Origin: Amphiscolops sp. MND2022
Lineage: Eukaryota
DNA length: 64,000 nucleotides
Direction of reading: 5' to 3'
NCBI GenBank assembly: GCA_964187785.1
Contig: OZ076409.1
Coordinates: 59,212,001-59,276,000 of the forward strand
The position numbers and the translations under genes were made by a program. Position 1 is the first letter of the stretch; every line of letters starts with the position of its first letter. The notes below the pieces were generated by a model. The model was not told the origin of the DNA. It saw only the letters and a program-made list of their open reading frames with translations, and searched no databases. This document shows positions 27,001 through 37,700 of this stretch, piece by piece.

Positions 27001-30000
27001 TTTCGGCACTATGCGACATTTTCCGAAAGAAAAAAATTTCGAGAACTTCAAAAAAAGTTTTTTTCCAAAAAAAATGTTTTGCGCTTTTTGAGCCTTAGAT
27101 ATAGCGCCGACTTTAGACGTTCTCGTCTTGTTTCATTTTTCAGTTCACTCTGAATGGTCCTTTTTTTGCTCATTTGTTCAACTTTTTAGTCGAGATATTT
27201 TAGTTCATATATAACGTTTTAAAGTTCGGATGTAACGTTTTCAAAGTTTAATTTCGGATGTAACGGTTTCAAAGTTCGGATATAACGTTTTCAAAGTTCG
27301 GATATAACGTTTCCAAAGTTCGAATATACGGTTTTCAAAGTTTGGATGTAACGTTTTCAAATTTCTTATATAACATTTTCAAAGTTCGGATATAACGTTT
27401 TCAAAGCTCGTATATACCGTTGTCATTTTTTCCCAATTTTTTTTTCGATTTGTTCCCCAAAATTTCACATACTTTGTTGAGCCTTAGATATGGCGCCGAC
27501 ATTGGCCGTTGCCGGCTTGCTAGTACTCAATCTAAAACTGTCTACAGCGCCGTATATAGCTAGTCGTTTTCGCCATGGGGATGAAAAAAAGAATTGTTCT
27601 TAGGAAGGAATCTAGAGTGTTCTAGCTACAAGCGGCGAAATGATCATGATTGCCGACACCAAAACATTCCTGGCTCAATGCAGCATAAAGAAACCAAACG
27701 CGGTCATGTTCAACGACAGATTTTTTAGAAAACCTCATAAATTACAAACTGTCAAACAAATTCAAAGGGGAACTCCTGAGGTTCGAAAAACGCGACGGTG
27801 ACGCTCAAAGGTTAGATTTGAAAAAGTTCGAAAAAAGTAGCACAGTGTCGAAAACCCCAAATAGTCTCGTATATGTAAAACGTATTAACCCAGAATGGAG
27901 GTGGAATTTTCTGGATTCATCCGAAAATCTGGTGCTTAAATTTTGAACCGCAATATCTCCAAAACTATTCGAGTCCGACAAACGATTTATACAGCATTCG
28001 AAAGAAGAGCATCGGGGCTTTCAAATCAATTTTAACACTGCTGGTCTGGGGGCCCGCTTCGCCGCACTGGCTCCGGACTTTGCGCCAAAACTTTGCACGC
28101 GTGGTGTCTCTGGCTGCAGTTCAGCTTGTTTCAAAACATGCTAGGGCCTTTGACCTAATCTTGTCCCCAGTATTATAAAGTGGCCACACAGGAAAATCGG
28201 AAATTTTGCGCTAATTTTTTTTGATTTTTTTGTTCTCGTTTTTCTGATTTTGGAGACATCAAGTCAAGAATCCGTGAAAATGCGTGCAATTCTATGTTGT
28301 TTTGCCTGAAAATCTTATTCAAGAGTTTTCTTCACCATACGGTGGGCTGATGCCTTAGAAGTTCGCAGATTTTAAGTTGTGCAAATACGTACCGCGATGC
28401 TAAATAAGGTTGAACTGTGAATACAAAACAAAAATACCCGTGGTGTTAGATTGATCTTTCGGTGTTATCAATTTGATGTTAGATTGGTATTTCGGTATTA
28501 TCGATTTGAATTTATGAAAGTGGACGCTTCACGGTAATGTGAAGAAAAAAACTAGCCAATTTAAAACTCGTGCATGTTGGAAAAACAATTTTTCAGGTTC
28601 GTGTGATCGGCAGCACCGTGGTTGACCTGAAGTTGCCCAGTGGCAAAGTGGAGACTATATCGTGGAGTAACCCCCGTTACGTCGTGCATAATATCATTGC
28701 CGGTCAGCTGTGGCTGGAACAAGTGGGCGTTCTCAGGGTGGTCAATCACTCGTCGAAGTTCTCTGCCGAGGTAGAGTTCAAACAGGCTGGCTTTTTCAGG
28801 GGATCGCTGCACGAAATAGAGGGATATGTAAAGGTTGGTAAAGGTGTATGTAATGTGCCGGGAGAGCAATTCAAACTTGTTAATTTGTTGAAAATTTGTT
28901 TCTGAATTTTTCTTTCATTTCATAGCAAAAAAATTCCCAAAAACCCAACAAATAGGTATGAAAAAGTGTTTTTCTGGAAATCGACTCTCCTCTTTGAAAC
29001 TTCATGCTGTACTTACAAGGCTATCTCGCCATCGCAAATTTTAATACGGTATATTTTAGTATTTTTCAATATGAAACACCCGTTGTTGCGTCATTCATCC
29101 TCGAAATTTGGCAGAAAAGTTGTATCTAGTTGAATTGCATTATTGTTTTTGAGTATGAATGTTTTTTCTTAAGGCGTCTCTGAACTATCTTGAAATGGTT
29201 TGGAGAAAATAGTGTCCCGTGGAAGCCTGAAGTCAAAGCTTGTACCTCAGAAAAGTGTACGACGAGTTGAGGTGTTATCAAACATTTGTCAAAAGTTGTC
29301 AAACAATTGTTATCAAGACCCTTTTTGACTTCATTCGTTCTTTGATCTCAGTTCCATCTCTCGCTTCATTGCAGGATCCCTCGGGAATCAACAGAATGTA
29401 CCTCTTTGGCAAATGGAATGAGCAAGTGCATGCAATCCCGGTGGAGAGCCTAACTAAACACATGGAGGAACGGAGACCTGGCGAGGCTCTCAGTGAAGCT
29501 CTCCGCAACGACCCAGAATGTGTTCTAGTGTGGAAACGCAATGAAAAACTACCAAATTCGCAGCTCTATTACAACTTCTCAGCCATCGCGATGGCTATGA
29601 ACGATAAAAACTTGAAGCATGGATCCGTCGAAGACTTGCCCAAGAGCGATTCCAGATTGAGACCAGATATCCGCTTTTTAGAAGAGGGTCAGCTGAACAA
29701 AGCCACGGAAGAGAAGTATAGACTTGAGCAGAAGCAAAGGGCTGCACGAGCATCCAGAGACAAAAGTGAGGCACAGTGGAAGCCTCTTTGGTTCGACGAA
29801 ATTGAATTTGAAGATGGAAATGGATTGACCAATCAGAACAAAGCTACAATAAATTCATCTATGACGTCATCATTGTTCAACGCTAATATTCCCGAAGTTC
29901 CAGTTCAGAAGTATGTACAGGCGTTCAAATATAAATGTTGGAATATGATTTGCAATTTTCAGCCCAAAGGGGAAAACTTGAAAGGATTACATCGAATCGT

Positions 30001-30004
30001 CTGA
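2839..30004 (+). CDS. OSBPL1A: Oxysterol-binding protein-related protein (ORP1L/OSBPL1A-like), 5' part outside window. Exons 2839-3027, 3407-3509, 5315-5653, 15259-15433, 18904-19053, 19451-19605, 20074-20368, 24139-24319, 25060-25197, 28597-28833, 29375-30004
   Basis: All 10 junctions are phase-compatible. Motifs: PH C-terminal helix QKWVTALQLHIDY; coiled coil EQLNEVHRKNEILENALRILAHQHHNLE (ORP1L-like); FFAT-like DDEPFFDAGE; ORD motifs [48 protein letters not shown] and EEKYRLEQKQR. Confidence 0.9.
3407..3509 (+). CDS. OSBPL1A: OSBPL1A-like exon
   Basis: Acceptor ttccag|GCT; donor A|gtgagt; phase 1 joins 5315. An alternative phase-1 donor exists at 3486. Confidence 0.7.
3659..4590 (+). mobile_element. 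HINE-like family B element with tRNA-like segment and family-A internal repeats
   Basis: subTIR ACACTTGCGA (3659) / TCGCAAGTGT (4554); 5' partial IR GCAAGTGT; 3' hairpin GCGAAGC-ACG-GCTTCGC, then CTCTGTGT. Confidence 0.75.
5315..5653 (+). CDS. OSBPL1A: OSBPL1A-like exon
   Basis: SSVRDTLLNAQ...CMLVMSQQEEYRL; donor G|gttggt, phase 1, joins 15259. Confidence 0.8.
6265..6847 (+). mobile_element. HINE-like family A copy
   Basis: Complete 5' end TTTTAGTCGGCGC...CCGACT and 3' subTIR plus hairpin. Confidence 0.8.
8890..10123 (+). mobile_element. Three head-to-tail HINE-like family A units
   Basis: 3' ends at 9201, 9653 and 10123; direct junction CTTGTT|TTTAGTCGGCGC at 9653/9654. Confidence 0.8.
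10128..11620 (+). mobile_element. Degenerate HINE-like family A unit(s) interrupted by a hAT MITE
   Basis: AGTCGGCGC at 10133; 3' end CGCCGACTTGG-GTCG-TTCC-CGAC at 11595-11617. Confidence 0.6.
11011..11482. mobile_element. hAT-type MITE nested in a HINE-like element
   Basis: TIR CAGGGTTCG/CGAACCCTG; perfect 8-bp TSD CTTATAGG at 11003-11010 and 11483-11490; subterminal TTTAAAAC repeats. Confidence 0.88.
13970..14997 (+). mobile_element. Two head-to-tail HINE-like family A units
   Basis: Junction CGTCTTGTTTTTTAGTCGGCGC at ~14520-14539; 3' end at ~14997. Confidence 0.75.
15259..15433 (+). CDS. OSBPL1A: OSBPL1A-like exon, coiled coil
   Basis: Acceptor ttttcag|AG; EQLNEVHRKNEILENALRILAHQHHNLE; donor AG|gtatgc. 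Confidence 0.85.
15880..18780 (-). mobile_element. 5'-truncated, frameshifted non-LTR retrotransposon (L2/CR1-group LINE) ORF2 with 3' UTR, inside an OSBP intron
   Basis: RT motifs spread over shifted frames: NYRPIS, GYRSKRST, FLDLTKAFDTI, GVPQGSILGPILFLIYMND, FADDT, KYLGV. (TAA)n-like tail at ~15880-15895. Confidence 0.9.
18904..19053 (+). CDS. OSBPL1A: OSBPL1A-like exon with FFAT-like motif
   Basis: SDDEPFFDAGE; donor AG|gtttgg; a second in-frame acceptor gives a start at 18910. Confidence 0.8.
19451..19605 (+). CDS. OSBPL1A: OSBPL1A-like exon, Ser-rich linker
   Basis: Acceptor tttcag|A; open frame RASSPIEH...SPSKQ; donor G|gttag; phases 2 and 1 bridge the neighbouring exons. Confidence 0.75.
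20074..20368 (+). CDS. OSBPL1A: OSBPL1A-like exon, start of ORD
   Basis: [32 protein letters not shown]. Confidence 0.9.
21420..22680 (+). mobile_element. Decayed LINE RT fragment (3' part)
   Basis: SKAFDS at ~21448, GVPQGTIMGPLLF at ~21611, LNKNADKTEFMIF, KYLGVYLD, LWNNLP; several frameshifts. Confidence 0.85.
23178..23508 (-). mobile_element. Short HINE-like family A copy carrying a tRNA-like segment
   Basis: Both ends are present; the minus strand carries a B-box GGTTCGAGTCCC at ~23322-23333. Confidence 0.75.
24139..24319 (+). CDS. OSBPL1A: OSBPL1A-like exon, ORD
   Basis: [14 protein letters not shown]; acceptor taag; donor GAG|gtttga. Confidence 0.9.
25060..25197 (+). CDS. OSBPL1A: OSBPL1A-like exon, ORD signature
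   Basis: EQVSHHPP at 25081-25104. Confidence 0.93.
25245..25703 (+). mobile_element. HINE-like family A copy
   Basis: Both ends are intact. Confidence 0.8.
25763..26286. mobile_element. Mutator/foldback-like non-autonomous element
   Basis: Inverted arrays (GAAAACTCAACACA)n at 25771-25868 and (TGTTGAGTTTTCT)n at 26222-26281; TCAAGTCTGGG duplicated on both flanks (25752-25762 and 26287-26297). Confidence 0.65.
26570..27521 (+). mobile_element. HINE-like family A tandem units, the second with a ~22-bp minisatellite
   Basis: 5' ends at 26574 and 26631; 3' ends at 27132 and ~27520. Confidence 0.75.
27210..27420. repeat. ~22-bp tandem repeat (AACGTTTTCAAAGTTCGGATAT)n, about 9 copies
   Basis: Read directly from the sequence. 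Confidence 0.85.
28597..28833 (+). CDS. OSBPL1A: OSBPL1A-like exon, ORD
   Basis: VHNIIAGQLWLEQVG...FKQAGFF...HEIEGYV. Confidence 0.9.
29375..30004 (+). CDS. OSBPL1A: OSBPL1A-like terminal exon
   Basis: LFGKWNE, LPKSDSRLRPDIRFLE, EEKYRLEQKQR, WKPLWF; stop TGA at 30002-30004. Confidence 0.9.
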   Translation, partial: DPSGINRMYLFGKWNEQVHAIPVESLTKHMEERRPGEALSEALRNDPECVLVWKRNEKLPNSQLYYNFSAIAMAMNDKNLKHGSVEDLPKSDSRLRPDIRFLEEGQLNKATEEKYRLEQKQRAARASRDKSEAQWKPLWFDEIEFEDGNGLTNQNKATINSSMTSSLFNANIPEVPVQKYVQAFKYKCWNMICNFQPKGENLKGLHRIV

Positions 30005-31033
30005 AATTGCCATCAATATTTTAAACATGTTTCGGTTATATATGCAATGGGTAGTTCTCAATTTTCTTCCTAGATTGTCAGTGAACTTCACGAATTTTTG
30101 TTCAAGGCTAATTATAATATTTAAGTGAAAGTTTTAATTTTCTGCTGACCCTTAGATATGTCGATTTCGTGGAAACTGTCGCTCTTAGTATCTTTTGTCA
30201 GAAAATGAATTGGCGAAGAGAAAATTGAGATTTTGAATCTTTTGGAAAATATCATTATTTGAACACCTTCAACATCTTCAAGGTACATATTCAACAATAA
30301 ATACTGGCATGGTCAGTATGGCTCATCGCCCGACCTATTCTGATGACCTTTGACCTTTCGCAAGCAAGCAGCATCTGACATTCAACCCAAGTTCCCGTTC
30401 TGGAGGAGAAATCCAAATTGCTATATGCATCTACTGTATAGTTCCCAAGTCAGTCATATCTCACTCAGTAGTCTGAACACTTTTTGCTATTTTGATATTA
30501 ATGTAGTATTAAGGAAATAGATTTTTGGTAATCTGAATTTATAATTTTATAATTATGGAGTAATCCAGAGTTTAAATCCAGGTTTCTTGTCGATTTTAAA
30601 TCTACTTCTTTGCATGATCCTGTTTTGAATGCAACCTGAGAAAAGTAAAGAGAGGTTTAGTTAGTGATAAGTATTTCATTGTTTTTGTGTTTTAGGAATC
30701 TTTCAAAAAAATTTACCTTTTTCAGATTCCCTTTTCATCAAAAAGTCAGGGCTTAATCGCTTTTCCATTGGAAGCAGTATTATCCGGTTGAATTATTTCT
30801 AAATTCAGTTTCAAATTTTTATTGGGCTTGGTTATTAACCGATCACTTGATCTAATTGTTTGCCAGAAAAAGAAAATTCAACTCAATTAAAACTAGCAGA
30901 ATTGTTCATTCCAAACATGAACAAGCTTTCCCACGCGGATGGATGCTGCTAAAACCGCTTCGTCGATTCCTGGTGTAAAGTTCCGCGGCTCTTTTCTAAA
31001 TCAGTTTCGCCCCCACCACACCATAAGTTTTTC

Positions 31034-31873
31034 AAACAAGCCGGGAACGGGCCAAGTTGGCGCCATATCTAAAGCTCAAAAATAGCAAAAGGACATGAAA
31101 GTGGAAAAAAATTAAAGTATCAAAATAACAAAAAGAGTATTAAACTCACGAAAAACCGAAACGACCGAACTGGCGCGCTAAAAGGGGGGATCCTTTCGGA
31201 TTTTTAGTCGGCGCTTCATGAAGTGAAACGCGACTATTATAGTGACTTTTCTTTCTTTTTTTTTCAATCCACACGAACTGACCAAAATAGTTCTACAAAA
31301 GTTCTACAAAATATTATTGCACTATTTGGTCTAGCGAACTGAACCAGAAAGGTTTTTCCTGTTTTCCCGCGTAACATACCATACCCGGCGAGACCAAAGC
31401 CCTTTCAGTTTTTTTCGGCACTGTGAGATTTTTTTCCGAAAATAAAAATTTTTCCCCCCTTAAAATTTTTTGATGTTTTGCGACAAAACCCCCTCAACTG
31501 CGACAAAAATGTTGACAATTTCGGAAGCGTCCCCCTTTCAGCGCGCCAAGGGCTCGCGCTAGCGGGCCCCGGCGCGCCACTCGGTCCATTTTTTGAGTAT
31601 GTAATTTTTTCGAAAATTTTTTTCGTAAAATTTTCGAATTTCGAGTGCTGTAAAAGAGAATACTTGACCGTCAAGTATTCTCGTTTACAGTACTCGAAAA
31701 TCGAAAATTTTACGAAAAAAATTTATTCGAAAAAATTACATACTCACCAAATTTTACGAAAAAAAATTTTTCGAAAAATTTACATACCATACTTCCAAGT
31801 GTGACACTTGGAAGTCTTTTTACTATTTTTGAGCCCTGGATATGGCGCCGACTTGGACCTGTCCCGGCTTGTT
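31034..31873. mobile_element. Minus-strand family A fragment (31034-31200) fused to a + strand copy (31201-31873) that holds an internal palindrome
   Basis: End motifs at 31034, 31206 and 31845-31873. Confidence 0.75.
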
Positions 31874-32574
31874 TAAACTTATTTTCACAAAGTTTGATAG
31901 CGGGAGGAACAGAAGAGATCCAGTTCCGCTCTGGAAAAGCGGGAGTTATTCATGAGAAATCTCGGGTCATTTTATTTTAGCTCGAAAGTTTAATGTGATA
32001 TTCCTAATTGGTCAATAACAATAGAAATACATGTAGTTGAATCGAGATAAAATTCATTTGGTTAGTTGAACATATGTTCAAGAGTTACATTTTTTATTTA
32101 ATAATATAACCGATCAGTTCAACTATTTATTGAACCAATCAATATAAATTGGACTTCAGTGATTAGAATTGAATTTTTGCTTCTGGAAACTCGAGGGTAA
32201 GATTTTTAATGTCAATTATGAGTCTGATGCGGTCTTGTAGGTATCCGATGAATGAAAAAAATGAACAAAATTCAAATAGCCTCCAAATTAATACCAATTC
32301 GAACGCCAGGAGAACGCAATGATTTTTTTTGGTAGATGGTCAAAAATGCGTGCATGTGAATTTGTTAATACTTCAGTCTAAAAAGTAATAGCAAGTTACA
32401 ATAATGATTTTTTTCAAACACATCGAACCGATGAAAATGGCATGCACGTCCTACTATCTACTTGGCTGTAGAACCTGTTTTCAACTGAAACTAAATCCCA
32501 ATTTTTAAAAGTCTTTCATCTAATAGTGAAATGATTCCAGTATGAGGTATGTTGATCATATAGATATTTCTTTA

Positions 32575-33192
32575 CTTTTAATGAAGTGAAACGCGACTAT
32601 TATAGTGACTTTTTTTCTATCCACACGAACTGACCAAAATAGTTCTACAAAAGTTCTACAAAATATTATTGCATCAAAATGCACTATTTGGTCTAGCGAA
32701 CAACCAAAAAGGTTTTTCCGCGTAACATACCATACCGGGCGAGACCAAAGACTCCCCCCTTTCATTTTTTTCGGCACTGCGAGACTTTTGTTTTCGAAAA
32801 AAAATTTTTCCCCAAAGGGTCCCCCCTGCATTTTTTTGATGTTTTGCGACAGAATGGATGTTAAAAAATCCCAAAGGGTCCCCCCTTTCAGTTTTTTTTC
32901 GGCATTGTGAGATTTTTTCCCGAAAATGAAAATTTTGTTTTCTTCAATTTTTTCATGTTTTGCGACAGAATGGATGTTGAAAAACCTCAAAGGGTCCACC
33001 CTTTCAGTTTTTCGGCATTGTGAGACTTTAGCCACTCGGTCCATTTTTTTTGAGTATGTAATTTTTTCGAAAAATTTTTTTCCAAAAAATTTCGATTTTC
33101 GAGTACTGTAAAAGAGTACTTGACACTTGGAAGTCTTTTTGCTATTTTTGAGCCTTGGATGTGGCGCCGACTTGGGCCGGTCCCGGCTTGTT
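32575..33192 (+). mobile_element. HINE-like family A copy, 5' end eroded
   Basis: Body matches the 9654-10123 unit; 3' end intact. Confidence 0.75.
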
Positions 33193-33584
33193 TTTAAAAG
33201 AAATGCTTAGCCGGGTTTGAGTGGAGCCGATTCCAAAATGCTGATTTAATTATCTGGAGATGACAGTTCAATAGTGGCATTTGATGCATAAAAACCTTTT
33301 CCTCAACATTTTCCCTTTTTCACTGAAAATCCAAAGATCACTGAAAATAAGAAAAACGTTTTCTGAAACCTTACGTTTTAGATATCTAGCAAATATTAGT
33401 GACTTTCCTTTCGTGAAAAATTAGAAATTTGCTCCATTTTTGGACATTACAACTTCCTCAACATGTGTTCTTATTCTCTGTAATATTTCAGCGCAAAATA
33501 TTCAAGTGCCACTGCACTATAGTTATGGGTTTTAAAATTAGTCCCTGGAATGTTTGTTGCGACCACTCAGCTAATGTCGCATAA

Positions 33585-34170
33585 AATAAGACGAGAACGT
33601 CTAAAGTCGGCGCTCGCTATATCTAAGACTCAAAAAGCGCAAAGTTTTTAAAACATGCCCAGGACGTATTTTTGAAAAGCTCAGAAATGAGTTTCGAGAC
33701 GCCCAAATAGCGCCTTTCACGCTCGATAAGACTCGGAAACCACTTTTTCCCCAACTGGGAACAAAAAAAACTTTCTTGAAAGAAAATTCAGATTTTTTTC
33801 TTTCGGAAAGTGTTGCATAGTGCCGAAAAATGCAAAAGGGTTGGGATTTATTAACATACATTCTGTTGCAAAATATCAAAAAACTCGAAGGGGACCCTTT
33901 GGAGACATTGAAAAATTTTCGAAAAAAAGTTGCACAGTACCGCAAAATCGACAGGGGGCGCTCGTTCAGTTTTGTGTTACGTTAAAAAGGGAAACATGAA
34001 AAGAGGGACCCTTTGCACTAAGTTTCCGCTGGCCGGAATTGTCCGATCTAGTGGTTTAGTAGTTTCTGTAAAAAAGTGGATCTTTCAGTGTCAGTGTGAG
34101 GTCTGTTGTCTGGAAAAAAGGGTCACTGTAAGACTCAGGCATTTTTGCTTCACAAAAAGCGCCGAGTAAA
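33585..34170 (-). mobile_element. HINE-like family A copy
   Basis: AAGACGAGAACGTCTAAAGTCGGCGC at the left; GCGCCGAGTAAAA at the right. Confidence 0.7.
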
Positions 34171-34569
34171 AAGGCCAGTTGGTCAGTGCTTTGTTCTCGA
34201 GTTATACTGAAGCAGCTTCCGATAAGCGTATCGTGGAGTTTTCGCAAACTAATAGTGGAACTTATGAACTCCATCCCACGAGATGGTGCGGAAATCACTT
34301 CAAACTTTTCAAATTTCGGATTTTCTGCAGTCGCAAAGATAAAACAGCCTTGAATTAGCCGATTTTCCTAAATATGTGAAGCCCCACATCTAACTGAAGT
34401 ATACAAAGACATCACTTGTAACAATTATTCCTTTAAAAATAGATCTTCACTGTGCTATCCATAGTTTCGGTGAACCTAATATATATATTTTTTGCATTAT
34501 TCAATGAAGTTTTACATGGTTACGTTTCATCCTGGATTAGAAATGTTTTGCGGGATTTTTTAGATTGAA

Positions 34570-34789
34570 ATGACGGCTTCTCTCATACTTTCCTTCGAGG
34601 GCAGAGGTAAGAAGTTAGACTCGGCTGATGACGCAAAGGAATTTGCGACCGAGATTGAAGCCAGTGGAGATATTGAGGTTCTGCAGATGAATGGCAACAC
34701 TGTTGGTCAGGAGGCTGCTGAGGTACTCAGAGAGTGTCTTAAACAGAAAGGATCCCTCAAGAGATTGATATGGCACGACATATTTACTG
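34570..34789 (+). CDS. RANGAP1: RanGAP1 coding exon 1
   Basis: ATG at 34570; ends HDIFT G|gttggt. Confidence 0.9.
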
Positions 34790-37700
34790 GTTGGTCCCGT
34801 CCACGTATAAGTACCAGTGACGACAAATTGAATTTTTAACATGTTCTTGATTCTACAACTTAATGGATACCGACTGCCTCTAAGGTAATGAGCAGGTTTG
34901 TAGAGGTAATGGGCTGTATAAGAACGAAAGCAAGCTTTGCCCTGCTCAAAAGCTCCGTTCTGTGCCTCCGCCAACCTGAAATAGTTGGTTCTGCGATCGG
35001 TGCAATAGTGGAAGAGGGAAGACTATAGTAGTGGAACCGCCACATGGTATCCCTGACGTGCATTTATTTGCTAGATTCCACTCACAACGAGCAATGTCTA
35101 ACATTGTGATAATATTGCAGTAATTTATAAATTTTACTCCACTTACGAAGGTTTTACAATATTTATTTATATGGGACCGTTAGTGACACCGCAAGGAGGG
35201 TCTGCAGCGTATACGGCACCCTCTTCAATCTTTTCCTATTCGCCCTCCTTTTAACAACGGGCTTATTTCATATTTGTCCCAACATGAAAAATGGGTTTCG
35301 GTACGCACGGTCCCTTTTTAGGAGTCGGAAAAAATTTTCGACTACTTATGCAATCGTGTTTTTTTTTCTCCCGACCTTTTCATGAAAATTTCAAATTTCT
35401 CAAAAACTGTCCATACGATTTTCACGAAATTTTGCACAGTCATTCTACACCCAAAGGGGCCCCTGCGTGTGCAAAGGCATCAAAATCGTATGGCTGGGAT
35501 GTGAGAAACATAGCCAAAATTAGCCCAAAAATGGCCAAAAAACAGCCATTTTTCGACTTTTTTCGCTTTTCTCAAAAACTGTCCATACGATTCGAACGAA
35601 ATTTTCTACAGTTATTCTACACCATATTAGAGTCCTATATGTGCAATGGCATCAAAATCGTATGGCTGGGATGTGAGAAACATAGCCAAAATTAGCCCAA
35701 AAATGGCCAAAAAACAGCCATTTTCCGACTTTTTTCGGTTTTCTCAAAAACTGTCCATACGATTCGAACGAAATTTTCTACAGTTATTCTACACCATATT
35801 AGAGTCCTATATGTGCAATGGCATCAAAATTGTATGGCTGGGATGTGAGAAACATGGCCAAAATTATCCCAAAAATGGCCAAAAAACAGTCATTTTTCCA
35901 TTTTTTTTCGATTTTCTCAAAAACTGTCCATACGATTCGAACGAAATTTTCTACAGTCATTCTACACCATATTAGAGTCCTATATGTGCAATGGCATCAA
36001 AATCGTATGGCTGGGATGTGAGAAACATAGCCAAATTTAGCCCAAAAATGGACAAAAAAGGGCCATTTTTCGACTTCAGAAGGAAAAAGACCTAAGCCGA
36101 CTCCTTTACCGCACATGCGGCTCTGGTTTATTGTACACTTATGGATACCTTAAATTGTTTTTTTTGAAGGAACGGTGTCCAAAACTGTTATTCGTTTTCA
36201 GTACGGAGACAAATCTTTTTTCTACAATTTTTGAATTTCCCAATAGGGGTCCCCCTTTTTTAAAATGACATTTTGGGTGAGAAAAAGTCTTTTCAAGCTT
36301 GGAGTTTTCTGCGCTGTGAGTCTTTCAGAACTTCATCAAAACAGCCTTTCAGCTTCGGCATATTCGAAAGCAAATTCGACGGCACTTTTGGAGCCTCAAG
36401 CGGACTTCCCGTCTTTTGTTTGGAGAACAATTTTTTTTAGAAATTTGAAATAAAATTCTTTGTCATAAGAAAATTTTACTTTGATTACTTAGAGCAAAAT
36501 TATTTTCTGAATACGTTTTGAGGAATGACAATAAAAATTGATATTTTATGCAGCTAAGTCGCATTCTTTAGGGTCCACCCTTTGAATTCTTTTCGGCACT
36601 GTGCAACTTTTTTCGAAATTTTTAGTCTCCAAAGGGTCCCCCTTCAATTTTTTGAATTTTGCAACAAACTGCACTTTCAAAAAGCCCAAAACCTCCTTTT
36701 ACAATTTTAAAAATTTTGCGCTTTTTGAGCTTCAGATATAGTGCCGACTTTAGACGTTCCCGTCTTGTTTATTCTTTGATAGAGATGATTTTAGTGTATG
36801 TTATTGTTTTGATTCTTGCTTCTAGGTCGTTCTCGCGAAGAGTTGCCCCCCTCTCTGAAAGCGATGATGGAGGGAGTGATGGAATCAGGGGCGAAACTGG
36901 AGGAGATCAACTTGAGTGACAATGCCTTCGGACCAGCGGGCATGGAAGGCATCAAAGACATTCTGGCCAGTAGCAACTGCTTCACTTTGAAAGAGTTGAG
37001 ATTAAACAACAATGGGCTGGGCACTTTCGGGGTGGCTGCCTTGTCCAAGTGTCTCATTGACGGATACAACAACAGTATCCAGGTTAGTAGAAACGAGAAC
37101 ATCCATAACTCTAACTACTGTCCATTCTTTTTTGAAAACGTCACTCGAGTTGATACAATCGGCTAGTACAGTGCTGTTGAAAACAAATGGGACATCAGAA
37201 ATGCTCATGAGAACTATCACTGCAAATTGCTCAAAAACAACTCAGAATAGCAGTTTTTTTTGCCAAATTTCATCTAATTTTAAATTGTTTTTTTTTCTGA
37301 AGTTTCTTTGACCAATGACGAAATTTGAAATTGACATATTCATATGAATTAAGCGGTTCTCACTGTCTCTAGGACGCGATGAGTGAGCCTTTTCAACTGG
37401 AAGTGTTTATCGCCGGTCGCAACAGACTCGAGAACCCTGGATGCTCAGACATGGCCAAAGTGTTTGACATGATGAGGTCCCTGGTTCACATTGAGATACC
37501 CCAAAACGGAATCCAGGCAGGGTTTCTGGCAAATATGTACAATCGAAAATAAGACAGGAGAAATTTTAACATAGTTTTTCATCCACTTCAATAATACTCA
37601 AGAAACGGGCGGTTAGTAAAATTGATTCGAAAAGGCAGAACAAATCGGGTGTGAACCAGAAATGGAACCCCTAGCGTACTGATTTATAGTGGCTAACTAG

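Noticed and set aside
27210..27420. CRISPR-like appearance of short repeats, also at 25771 and 60746
   Set aside because: The units are contiguous with no unique spacers, there are no cas genes and the context is eukaryotic.
27885..28348. piggyBac-like element starting TTAACCC
   Set aside because: The right-hand TIR and TTAA could not be matched convincingly.
35291..36021. Repetitive ORFs (MASKSYGWDVRNIAK...)
   Set aside because: They come from the 172-bp tandem repeat, whose unit length is not a multiple of 3.
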